A stretch of DNA of 61,542 bases, counting the filler, from Jimgerdemannia flammicorona (lineage: Eukaryota), in assembly GCA_003990765.1 (NCBI GenBank). It is 2 parts of 2 records of this genome, joined end to end, with 100 filler letters (N's around TTAATTAATTAA, not from the genome) between each part and the next. Parts side by side here need not be neighbours in the genome. Positions count along the whole stretch, not along the records: positions 1 to 30,722 come from RBNJ01000428.1; 1 more part is not named here. One strand, given 5' to 3'. Within the stretch, counting starts at the first letter, position 1; every line of letters begins with the position of its first letter. The translations under genes and the position numbers were made by a program. The notes under the pieces are model-generated. The model saw only the letters and a program-made list of their open reading frames with translations, made no database searches and had not been told where the DNA came from. Below are positions 1-11,868 of the stretch, in pieces.

Positions 1-573
1 TTTTTTTAATTCATCGCAAGCGCAAAAAAGATGACGGAGTTGTAATAGCTCGCTCGGAAGGATCTGGCGAGACTATGCCAATGCGACACTGTACAGGCTG
101 CGAATCGCTCAATGGATGCACATTCGTACTACAGATTTGTAATAGCCATACCGAGCTTTCCCCATGCCGAGCTGCAACTAGCAATGCAAGCTTGAAACTT
201 TGGGAATTCGTGCAAGTCTTAAGTTGAAAAGACCCACAATGTACACACCTGAGATACGTTGCTCTCTTCCAAGCAATATATAGTACGACCCCCCCCACAC
301 CCCCCCCCCCCCCTTCGCTTTGTCGCCGTGCGTCGCATTCTGCTGAGCAACTACCGAACGCGTCGCTTCCAGTACCGTATAAATGTGGCCAAGCAACTCG
401 CATGAGCGAAATAATCTGGCGATGATTTTGGTTACAATCTGCGCGTGAGAATATTTAAGAATTACAGGCCGCTGAGAACACTTTGTTAAATATTATTAAT
501 ATGTAGGAATGCCGGGCATGTAGCTGGCATTTTAAACACCATTCCATCCTTTCGACTTTGAATATTTCGCATC

Positions 574-1530
574 TCAAGCTGCTTGACCACGTCCATTCCT
601 AGTACTATTTTGGGCGGAAAAATTGAGCCTGGAACTGGAACTGAACCTGGACATGCGCCTTCTTATCACCAAATATACACACAATCCACCAATGAAATCA
701 CCAAACGCCCACATTCCTACCATGATCCTGATCACGGCCGGTGTGCCTGATGAACGCGCCGGAGACGCCCATATTCCTGAGCCGACACTCCATGACGCTG
801 GGTTAGCGTGGAGAAGGACATTGTAGGTAAGAAGGGTGATGCCTAAAAGTGATAGTGCTGAATGAGAAGGCAATATGATATACGTCCAAGTATTTGGTGT
901 CTGCAGATACAGTGTCTAAGGGGGAGAGAAATTTTAAGATTGTCAGTCCCTCAACCTACCTGGCAAGAACGAATAATTATGCCGCTACTGAGGCATAATA
1001 GGGAATGCTCAGGAGCTCGCAAAAGAAACTTTTGCGCAACTCAAGCGAGAATATACCGCTTACATTTGTCGTGACCACCCTAAAAATAAATCTGGAAACA
1101 AATAATGCAACTCCTACATCAAAAATGATCGAATTCTCGTTTACCATGTCACGTTGACTTTCGTTCCTGTTTTTGTTCTGCCGAAACCCGTGCTTCGACT
1201 GGGCTTAGCAGTAGCTCAGCAGACAACAGAGCCACACCAACACAATTGTCGGGATGGTAGTAATGGATGAAAACATCTATATTATAATTGACAACTCCCA
1301 CAATGGCATTATCACCCATTCATAGTTTCCATCTTTGATAGTTCCGTATCTAGAACTGCGCCATTATAAACGGAATGAAAATGATCGCCGAAGATCTTTG
1401 GAAGGTTCAAAACACGTGGTTCCCGCTGACAAATGAGATAAAGGGTAACCAATCCAGATAGGCCATAAAGTACTTTTTAATAAACTTCGCCTCAAATAAC
1501 CATGGGATAAACCACGTCACATAATTACTC
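574..1530 (-). pseudogene. Possible decayed multi-pass membrane protein gene
   Basis: Minus-strand frames give successive hydrophobic segments (SAIIFIPFIMAQF, IPTIVLVWLCCLLSYC, IIFDVGVALFVSRFIF, LLGITLLTYNVLL, IMVGMWAFGDFIGGLCVYLVI-RRR) broken by stops and frameshifts. GTAAGC donor near 1063. Family not recognised. Confidence 0.3.
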
Positions 1531-2389
1531 AATAGTACTCAATGTTCGGTACCAGGATTTTATCCGGTTCGATACTGATTCTTGATAGCCTGGTTTGCTT
1601 GCTTGACATCGGCGATGATTGCTTGACACCGGTGATGATTGCTATGCCAACCGTCGGTGATGCAAAACGTACGGCGACACCGCCCAATCCCGAACTACAC
1701 GCCGTGGAACCGGCCCAAGGCAAATATAAACAGAACGGAAGAAGTGAATCCATCCTATATAATCGCTTATCAGTAGTCGGAGATACCCTGCCTTTATTAT
1801 TATTAGATTAAGATTATAATGCGGTAAAGGCATGAGGGAGAGAGATCGTTCAGGAGGAGATCCCAAATTGATAGTTCAACCAACCAGCGTTCCTGCATGA
1901 TCTTAAATTCCTTACTTTGGCTTAGTGTCATGATCTGTACAACGGCTGTGCCTGGTAGCGACGATCATGGTCGTATATACTTTGTAGTAATGTTGCTCAA
2001 GACCAAAAGGTGCTCTGACACATGACAAGTGTCTTTGATGTTTTGGGGCAGTAATTAATGTGGAATGTGACGTAGATAAGAGGGTTGAGAGGTAATATGA
2101 GAGGGATTCCTATTTTAAAATTTAATCATTGATGGAAAGGAAAAAAAGAAAAGAAAAAAACAAGACTGAAAGTCTCGGGCTTATATTCATAATGGAGGTA
2201 ATGCGGCGTGGGAACCGTAGAATTTAGTGGTCAGTAAAATGGTGTTACAACTGAGATGATTTTCTATTGCTACTTATGTATGCCGTATCCGTAGTGTCGG
2301 GACAAGGATATGCTAGATAACCTCCCCCTTTCCTCCCATCTCTTCCTTTCCGTTTCCTTTCGAGCCTCGGGCAAGACCGTTCAATCACT

Positions 2390-4838
2390 ATGGCGAGAAC
2401 CACCTTCTTAGCATTGCTGCCGTTGATATCTCTCATACCCTACCTCGTCACTGCCTCCAATCCTCTGGGCTCATCGTACCAGGCTGCTGTATTAATAAAC
2501 AATACAATCTACGTCCACGGTGGTGAAGGTGTTTCAGGCACTATCTCAAACCTATACTCCCTCGATACCTCCCAGCCATGGTCAACGACAAACCCACCAT
2601 GGACCGATCTAACACCCAATGCTGGCACGTTCACTGTGCCTCAGACTTCATCTCAGGTCATGTGGCCCGCTACCGATGGCAAATCCTTCTATATCTGGGG
2701 AGGGTCGAACGACTACTTCATAAAACAGGCACAAAGCGGCTTCGCGCAGTACAACGTCATCACGGGGACTTGGTCCCTTCCAAGTGCAATTTCAGGAATG
2801 CCGATACAAAGGGACTTCTTGAGCGTCGCCTGGAGTTCGTCAGGGGTTGCCTATCTTTGGGGCGGGTGGGGTGATAGCTTCACAGGTGGGTTGTGCTTTC
2901 AAGGAATCGATCAAGCAACGCATGCGACTACACATCTTAACCTCGATTCTTTCTCCCGTACAGGATATACTACCAACAACGCGACTACATACTTATTCCC
3001 GGAGATGGCCACTTTTGACACAACCAAGCTCATATGGAACGTTTTCAACGTCACTAACACCACTGGACAAGTACCACCGCCCAGAGTCGCGCACACGGCA
3101 ACAATGCTTTCGTACGATATCTCATCTTATTCGTCGCAACGTGGCATTCTTCCCGCAATATGAATCTCATTCTAACTTGTAATCTTTCCAGTAATGGTCA
3201 AATGGTCATTATCGGAGGTCTTATTGGTACACAGTTGAATGATACCTATACGTCCATACAATACGCTACCATGACCAATATTCCTGTTTTCGAGTAAGCA
3301 TGTATCTCACGTATATCTTGCCTTTGTTGTTACGCTTTTTTTTCAAATCCAGTGACTTATTTTGATATTTTATCTACATAGCACCTACACCACCACATGG
3401 ACTCTGCGTAATGCGACGGGTAACGTTCCGGGTCAGCGTACCTTCAGTACTGCTGTATTAAGTATGTTTATTATTATCATTATTTTATACATGTTACACT
3501 GAGGCTTGACTGGATTTTGCCTATCAATCTGTGTACGGGCACCCGTGAGTTCAGCGACTTATTCGGATTTCTTGTTTAACAGGTTCGGACGGTTTGTCCA
3601 TCATCATCTGCTGCGGTGCACAGTCGGCTAAGGTACAACTTAATGACGTAGCCGTGCTCGATAGTCGGACTTGGTCATGGACACAACCGAGCATCGCCGG
3701 CACTCTCCCTACGGCAAGAAGTGGGCATTCGGCGATCATGGTCAATGGCCAGATGATTGTCTTATTTGGTACGAGTGAACAATTTCTTTCCATTCCTCTT
3801 TATATTTATTCCCCTTCTCCTGTGAGATTTAGTGTTATTTTTTTGTTTGAAGGAAGGGGACTCGTTGCCGCACTTTCCGGCTCATTTTTTCTTTTTCTGT
3901 TCCCTTTCTCGATAACAGGCGCAGACAACGCGGACAAGGTTCTGTCCGACGTCGCTATCTTGGACACTAGGACATCCTCCTTCCAATGGGTCAACACCTT
4001 CACTCCCGCCGGCTATGTCCCCCCAGTAACTACTAACTACACGATCCCCGCCCGCACCACGCCCACACCAACGCCAACGGCCAGCAGCGACAGCTCAAGT
4101 GCGCTGACAGCCATTGGCGGTATCGGTGGTGTGATCGGCATTGCCTGCGCCGGGCTCATGCTGGCGTTCGCCGCCGTCTTCCTCATCTGCAGACAACAAA
4201 AGAAGTCGAAGAACGCCGCCATCGCCAATCCCGCCAACCCCGCCAACCCTGCCAACCCCACCAACCCTGCCATGCCACCCTACTCCTACCCCAATCCCCC
4301 GCAAGGCGCCGGGTACCGCGAACCCGTGGCCTATCCAAATTCTTCGCAAGGCGCCGAATACCGCGACTCCGTGGCCTATCCAAATCCCTCGCAAGGCGCC
4401 GAATACCGCGACTCCGTGGCCTATCCAAATCCCTCGCAAGGCGCCGAATACCGCGACTCCGTGGCCTATCCAAATCCCTCGCAAGGCGCCGAATACCGCG
4501 ACTCCGTGGTCTACGCCGCCGCTCCCGTCCCATTACCCAACTCCTACCAAACCGCCGCCAGCTCATATCCCCCAATGTCTAACATTCCGATGACCCAGTC
4601 GAACCCCTACGGCCAGCAGTTCTACACACCGATGGGGTACCCTTCCCCCACCCCCACCCCCAACCCCAACCCCAACCCCTACCCCAACCCCAACCCCAAC
4701 GATAACTTCAACAAGCCCAACGATACCTTCAACAAGCCCAACGATAACTTCAACAAGCCCCATAGTCCTAGCAGCACTCCGCTGCAGCATTTTGCCGCCC
4801 CGCCCTACCAGGATCCTTCATCCACTTGGACTAAGTAG
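2390..4838 (+). CDS. Single-pass membrane protein: signal peptide, kelch beta-propeller, Ser/Thr stalk, TM, Pro/Tyr-rich tail (paralog 1, intact)
   Basis: Exons 2390-2885, 2964-3111, 3192-3293, 3382-3461, 3583-3768, 3919-4838 with GT-AG introns splice in frame. Hydrophobic N-terminus; kelch motifs IYVHGG, FYIWGG, YLWGG, PPPRVAHTA..MVIIGG, PTARSGHSA..MIVLFG; TM GVIGIACAGLMLAFAAVFLIC followed by RQQKKSK. Confidence 0.85.
4289..4514 (+). repeat. Coding minisatellite, 45-nt unit x5 (PNPSQGAEYRDSVAY)
   Basis: gcaaggcgcc recurs at 4301, 4346, 4391, 4436, 4481. Confidence 0.95.
4646..4761 (+). repeat. Coding short repeats: (CCCAAC)n giving PNPNPN, and 21-nt x3 giving PNDNFNK
   Basis: Read directly from the sequence and the ORF translation. 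Confidence 0.9.
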
Positions 4839-6051
4839 ATTGAACTGTATTAGGCACGATGTTTATGCCTCTGTATACCCCCATAGCTTATTTCAATGTA
4901 GAAGGTCATTTTAGGTAGACTATGGGCCCCTATTAATATATATATTCCCTTAATGATGCTCTAACATATTGGTCAATTATGTATATATATACATATATAT
5001 ATATTTTGATATACTTCGTTCAAAACGAAATAGCATAGATTCATTGGAACAGATGCAATTTGGTAAAGGTTTATTCACCATCAATCCAAACAGGAGTTGA
5101 AGGTCTCCATTGAGCAATAACTCAATTCAAGCTAACCCCCACTGTGAGTGTATATTGCAAAATGACCAGATCAAACATTGCTGCTATGCACCGAGATTTG
5201 AAACCACATCTCGGCTTTCGACTGTATTTTCAGCCGTGAATGGCAGCTGCGCGAAGGAGAACAAGAATGAGAGGCAGTCAACGATTCAGATGCACGAGCG
5301 TGATGACAGAATTGAATTTGTTCATCTTTCAGTCTGGCTGGATGCCGGAACGACTGGTTAATAGAAGCGAACGGAGATAACAGACCTGTAGTGGCATCTT
5401 ACGGGCACGCAAAGCGTTAGGTTGGGACCGTCTGTCGGCCGAATAAGCTCAAAGTGCGAGTTGACGTTTTTGCATTCCCGATTGACACGGTACTACAAGT
5501 CTTGCCACAAACGGACTGTCACAAAAGTATGTACGCACCCTTTGCCTCATGTGCACCCCACTCCAGGCTGTAATCGGGAATTGTTGCCCGGACCCGAAAA
5601 TTCGGACGCTTGATCTGATGGGATGGGATCGAAAGGCTTTTGGTGCAACGGCGTCCAAAGACCGAAATAAGGTGCAGAGTCGGGACGCCAAAATAGGAAG
5701 TCATCATCCCCAATTGTGTGCTACATACCGAGTGCGACGATGATGGTCGTCAATGTTGCCAAAAGAGTGTCTCTGATGTTTTGGGGATAGTAATTAGTAT
5801 GGATACGGAATTTGAGGGGTAATATGAGAGGGTCTCCTATTTTACAATTTAATCGTTGGTGGAAAGGAAGAAAAAAAAAAAGGCATTCCTGGGCCTATAT
5901 TTAAAAGAGAGGCAATGCGGCGTGGGAACCGCGAAATTTCGCAGTAAGTAAAAGGGTGTTACAACCGAGATGATTTTGCTACTTATGTAATTATGTAATA
6001 TGCTAGATAATATTCCCCTATCCTCACATCGGGTAAGACCGTTCAATCACT

Positions 6052-8172
6052 ATGACGAGAACCACCTTCTTAGCGTTGCTGCCATTGATATCTCTCATAC
6101 CCTACCTCGTCACTGTCACCAATCCATCGTATTAAAAACAGTATTATCTATGTCCACGATGGTGAAGATGTTTGAGACACTATCTCCCTCGATACCTCCC
6201 AGCCATGGTCAACGACAAACCCACCATGGACTGATCTAACATCCAATGCTGGCACGTTCACCGTGTCTCAGACTTCGTCTCAGGCCCTGTGGCCCGCTGC
6301 CGATGGCAAATCCTTCTATAACTGGAATTGTCGAACGACTGCCACGTAACACAGGCACAAAGCGACTTCACGCAGTACAACGTCATCACGAAGACTTGGT
6401 TCCTTTTAAGTGCAATTTCAGGAATGCCGATGCAAAGCGACCTCTTGAGCGTCGCCCGGAGTTCTTCAGGGGTTGGTGCGGGAGGGCTGATAGCTACACA
6501 GGTGGGTTATGCTTTCAATAAATCGATCAAGCAACGCGTGCGACTGCATATCTTAATCTCGATCCCTTTCTCCCATACAGGATATACTACCAGCAACTCG
6601 ACTAGACACATAATTCCCGAGATGGCCACTTTTGACACGACCAAACTCATATAGAACGTTTTTAACGTCACTAATACCACTGGACAAGTGCCACTGCCCA
6701 CACGGCAACAATGCTTTCGTACGATATCTCATCTTATTCGTCGCAACAGGGCTTTCTTTCTGCAATATGAATCTCATTCTAGTAATCTTTCTAGTAATGG
6801 TCAAATGATCATTATCGGAGGTCTGATTGGTACACAGTTGAATGAACTCTATGTCTACCTGGATTACGCTACCATGACCAAAATTCCTGTTTTCGAGTAA
6901 GGATATATCTCATGTATATCTTTCCTCTGTTATTTCGCTTTTTGTCAGGTCCGGTGACTTATTTTGATATTCTATCTACATGCGACGGGCAACGTTCCGG
7001 CCTTCCGTAGATTCAGTGCTGCTGTATTAAGTATGTTATCATTATTTTATTATTATTATCATAATTTTTTATATATGTTACCCTGAGGCTTGCTTGTTCA
7101 TGACTGGAATTCGCTACCAATCCGTGTACGGACACCTATGAGTTCAGCGACTGACTCGGATTTCTTGTTTAACAGTTCGGACGGTTTGTCCATCATCATC
7201 TGTGCGGATCGCAGTTGGGTAACGTACGGCTTAACGACGTAGCGGTGCTCGATAATCGGACTTGGTCATGGACACAGCCGGCCATCTCCGGTACTCCCCC
7301 TACGCTAAGAAGTGGGCATTCGATAGTCATGGACAATGGGTAGATGGTTGTTTTATTTGGTACGAGTGAACAGTTTTCTTTCGTTTCCTCTTTGTATTTC
7401 TTCTCCTTATCCTGTGATATTTAGTATTATTTCTTCCTTTGGAGGAAGAGGACTCATTTCCTCATTCTCAGGCTTTTTTTTATTTTTATTTTATTTTTTT
7501 ACCCTTTTCCCTTTCCTGATAACAGTCGAAGACACCGCAGGCAAGGCTCTGTCCAAGGTCGCTATCTTGGACACCAGGACATCCCTCTTCCAATAGGTCA
7601 ACACCTTCACTCCCGCCGGTTATGTTCCCCCAGTAACTGCTAACTCCACGATCCTCGTCCGTACCACGTCCACGCCAACGACCAGCAGCGGCAGTTCAAG
7701 TGCGCTGACAGCCATTGGCGGTATCGATGGTGTGATCGGCATTGCCTGCGCCGGGCTCATGCTGGCGTTCGCCGCCTTCTTCCTCATCTGCAGACAACAA
7801 AAGAAATCGAAGAAGACCGCCGCCATCGCCAACCTCGCCAACCCTGCCAACTCCACAAACCCTGCCATGCCACCCTACTGCTACCCCAAACCCTCGCAAG
7901 GCGCCGGATACCACGACTCTGTGGTCTACGCCGCACCTCCCGTCCCATCACCTACCTCCTACCAAACCGCCGCCAGCCCATATCCCCCAATGTCTAACAT
8001 TCCGATGGGCTCGCCAAACCCGTTTCCCTACGGTCAGTTCTACACACCTATAGGGTATCCCACCCCAACTCCAACCCCAACGGTAACATCAACAAGCCCC
8101 ATAGCCGTAGCGACACTCCGCAGAAGCATTATACCGTCCCAGGATCCTCCATCCACTTACGTAAACTCAGTA
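6052..8172 (+). pseudogene. Kelch-TM paralog 2, pseudogene
   Basis: Colinear with paralog 1. Frameshifting deletions in exon 1, TGG>TAG stops at 6652 and 7594, loss of the intron-3 acceptor and exon-4 start. Confidence 0.85.
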
Positions 8173-8605
8173 GGTTGGGCTATATCAGGAACGATATACC
8201 CCCGTGGTTTAGTTCAATGTGGAAGGTCATTTTAGGTAGATTATGGGCCCCTATTAATATATTCCCCCTTAATGACATTTTAACAAATGTATTGGTCAAT
8301 TATATATATATAATATATTTGGCATACCTTTGTTCCTTCAAAACAATTTATTAGAACAGAGGTAATCTAGTAAAATTTTATTCACCATCAATCCAAACAG
8401 GAGTTGAAGGTCTCCATTGAGCAATAACTCAATTCAAGCCAGCCCTCACTAAGTGTACATTGCAAAGAATAAACGACGACCAGATCAAACATTGCCGCTA
8501 AGCACATTGGCTACACCGAGATTGGAAAGTCTCGGCTTTCAGCCGTGAATGGCAGCTGCGCGAATGAACAGTCGTTGGAGAAAAAGAGGCAGTCAGATTC
8601 AGATG

Positions 8606-8745
8606 TGTTGATATTGGGGCTCATAACCTGTTGTAATTATATGGTTTTTGACAAGAGCAGCATTTTTATTGATATTGCTTTTACGTGATTATTGATGACG
8701 CAAACACAAGCCACATAATGACGTATTACATTGATAACGAGTTGT
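8606..8745 (-). mobile_element. Copia-type LTR 3' part plus primer-binding-site remnant
   Basis: Insertion relative to the other spacer copies. Minus strand reads AATAAAAATG...TACAACA-GGTTATGAGCCC, matching the LTR-end/PBS junction of the copia at 14550-14586. Confidence 0.55.
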
Positions 8746-9735
8746 ATGACGACAGAATCGAGTATTTCAGTCTGGCTGGTTAATGGAAGAGAGACGGAGA
8801 TGGCAGACCGGCAATGGTATCTTACGGGCACGCAAGAGCGTTGGGTTGGGACCATCTGACTCGTCTGTCGGCCGAATAAGCTCGGAGAGTAGGATTCGGA
8901 TGACGTTTTGTCATTCCTCATACCCGATTGACACGGTGCTACAAGCCTTGCCGCAAACGGACTGGATGGCAAAAGTATCATGTAATTATATACGCACCCT
9001 TTGACCCTCGCACTTGCCCAGATGCAGATGTGGTTGTCCCAGCCTGTAATCGGAAATTTCGAAAATCGGACGCTTGCTCTGATGGATGCGCGGAGGACGC
9101 CGTGGGCGAAGACGACGGCGAACTTCACTGTGTGGACTTGATTGGAAACCGGCCCCTTTCAATGAAATACCATCCCACAGCGCGCACTTCGCGGCGATCG
9201 CTGACCGTCGCTACCGCTATGGCAAGCGCGTGATATACGCATACAGTAATATACAGTCAGACATATATTAGTCAAACGCACAAACCTCCACCGTTGTGTA
9301 AAGCTCAAGGTTGTATAAAAAGCTAGATTTTAATTATGTGGCGTATATACGTCTTGTGCGGTCGGACAACGGCATCACGAATTTTTTTTTTGGATATCTG
9401 GCGTGCATCCCCAGATGTCAGATTTCGTAGTGCCCTAGATGCCAGATGTCACTTAGAGTTCCAGTCGATATGCGCGATGTCCCCAATGCAGATGCCCGCA
9501 GATGTCCGAGATGCGATACAGGTGTCAGATTCCCTGATGCCCTGATGTACCAAATGAATTATACTGATCGCAAATGAAGATAGAACTTATTCATCATTAC
9601 CAAAAGGAATCTTGTTGGGCAAACATTCCATTCACTAGAGGATTCAATGGCATCTTCAGAGTTGAGAAAATCATCTGGAAATGCATTACGAGAATCATAA
9701 AGAAGGCGAGATCAGTTACCCATTCATAGAAGAGG

Positions 9736-11293
9736 CTTGAGCGTCGCCTGGAGTTCGTCTGGGGTTGCCTATCTTTGGGGCGAGCCGGGTGATATGTTCA
9801 CAGGTGAGTTGTGCTCGATCAAGCAACACATGCGGCTACATATTTTAACCTCGATTCCCCCGTACAGGATATTCTACCAAGAACTCGACTAGGTATATAT
9901 TCCCCGAGATGGCCACTTTTGATACGACCAAGCTCATATGGAACGGTTTCAACGTTACCAATGTGCCACCGCCCAGAGTCGCGCACACGGCAACAATGCT
10001 TTCGTACGATATCCTATATTATTCGTCGCAACATGGCTCTCTTCCTGCAATATGAATCTCATTCTAAGTTAGTAATGGCCAAATGGTCATTATCGGAGGT
10101 CTGATTGGTTCACAGTTGAATGAAATCTACACATCAATATTCCTGTTTTCGAGTAAGCATGTATCTCGTCTTTGTTTCGATCTTTGCCAATTATTTTGAT
10201 ATTCTATCTACATAGCACCTACACCAACACATGGACTCTGCGTCGGGCAACACTCCGGTCGGGCATAGATTCAGTGCTGCTGTATTAAGCATGTTTATAT
10301 ATTACTTTATTATTATTATCATAATTATTTTATACATGTTACCCTGACGCCTGCTCGTTCATGACGGGAATTCGTCTACCAATTCGTGTACGTACACTAG
10401 TGAGTTCAGCGACTGACTCGGATTTCTTATTTAACAGAATCGGACGGTTTGTCCATCACCATGTGAAACGCAGTCAATGAAGTACAACTTAACGACGTAG
10501 CCGTCCTCGATAGTCAGACTTGATCATGGACACAACCGGCCATCTCCGGCGGTCATGGCCAGTGGGCAGATGATTGGTAGGAGTAAACAGTTTTCTGTCC
10601 TTTCTTTGTATTTCTTCCCCTTCTCTTGTGAGATTTAGTCTTATTCTTTGTTTGAAGGAAGAGAACTCGTATGCTGCTTTCTCAGGCTCATTTTTTATTT
10701 TTTATTTTTATTTTTTTCCCTGTTCCTTTCCCGATAACAGGCATAGACAACTCAGAAAAGGTTCTGCCCGAAGTCCCTATCTTGGATACCAGGACAATCC
10801 CCTTCCAATGGGTCAACACCTTCACTCCTGTCAGCTATTTCCCCCCAGTAACCACTAACTACATGATCCCTGCCCGCACCATGTCCACGCTAACGGCCAG
10901 TAGCGACAACTCAAGTGCGCTGACAGCCATTGGCGGTATCGGTGGTGTGATCGGTATCGCCTACGCCGGGCTCATGCTAGCCTTCGTCGCCTTCTCATCT
11001 GCAGAAAGCGAAAGAAGGTGCCACCATAACAACCCCATCAACCCCACCAACCCTGCCATGCCACCTACCCTACCCCAATCCCTCGCAAACCGCAGCTAGA
11101 CCATATCCCCCGATGGGCTCGGCGACCCCGTATCCCTACGGCCCCTACATACCGATGGGATACCCCGCCCCCAATCCCCAAAGATAGCATCAACAATCCC
11201 TATAGTCCTAGAAACACTCCATAGCAGCATTACGCCGTCCCGCCATATCAGAACGGCCATGGCCAGGATCCTCCATCCACTTGGACTCAGTAG
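9736..11293 (+). pseudogene. Kelch-TM paralog 3, 5'-truncated pseudogene
   Basis: Homology starts in late exon 1 (cttgagcgtcgcctggagttcg). Many deletions, TGG>TGA near 10521, damaged intron-4 donor, frameshift after the TM. Confidence 0.85.
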
Positions 11294-11868
11294 ATTAGGC
11301 ACGATGTTTATGCCTCTGTATACCCCCGTAGTTTTTTTCAATGTGAAAGGTCATTTTAGGTAGACTATGGGCCATATTAATATAATCCCCTAATTATACT
11401 TCAACAGAAATGGATGTAATCTGGTAAAGCTTATTCACCATCAATCCAAACAGGAGTTGAAGGTCTCCATTGAGCAATAACTCAATTCAAGCTAAACCGC
11501 CTCCCCTCCCACTGTAAGTGTATGTTGCAGAGGATAAATGAAGATCAAATATTGCCGCTATGCACATTGGCTACACCGAGATTGGAAACCGCGTCTCGGC
11601 TTTCGACTGTATTTTCTGCCGTGAATGGCGGTTGCACGACGAACAAGAATGAGAATAGTCGTCGGAGAAAAAAAGAGGCAGTTAGACAGAATCATCTTTC
11701 AGTCTGGCTGGATGCCGTTAATGGAAACGAACGGAGATGGCAGACCGAAAGTCGTGCAGCGTGGGAACCGCGGGATTTCGCTACTTATGTATGTCGTGTC
11801 CGTAGTGTCGGGACAAGGATATGCTAGATAACTTCCCATCGAGTCTCGAGCAAGACCGTTCAATCATT

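Noticed and set aside
2886..3918. Stop-free in-frame introns (78 and 150 nt) suggesting functional retention
   Set aside because: The equivalent introns in paralog 4 are 79 and 149 nt, so the frame is not conserved.
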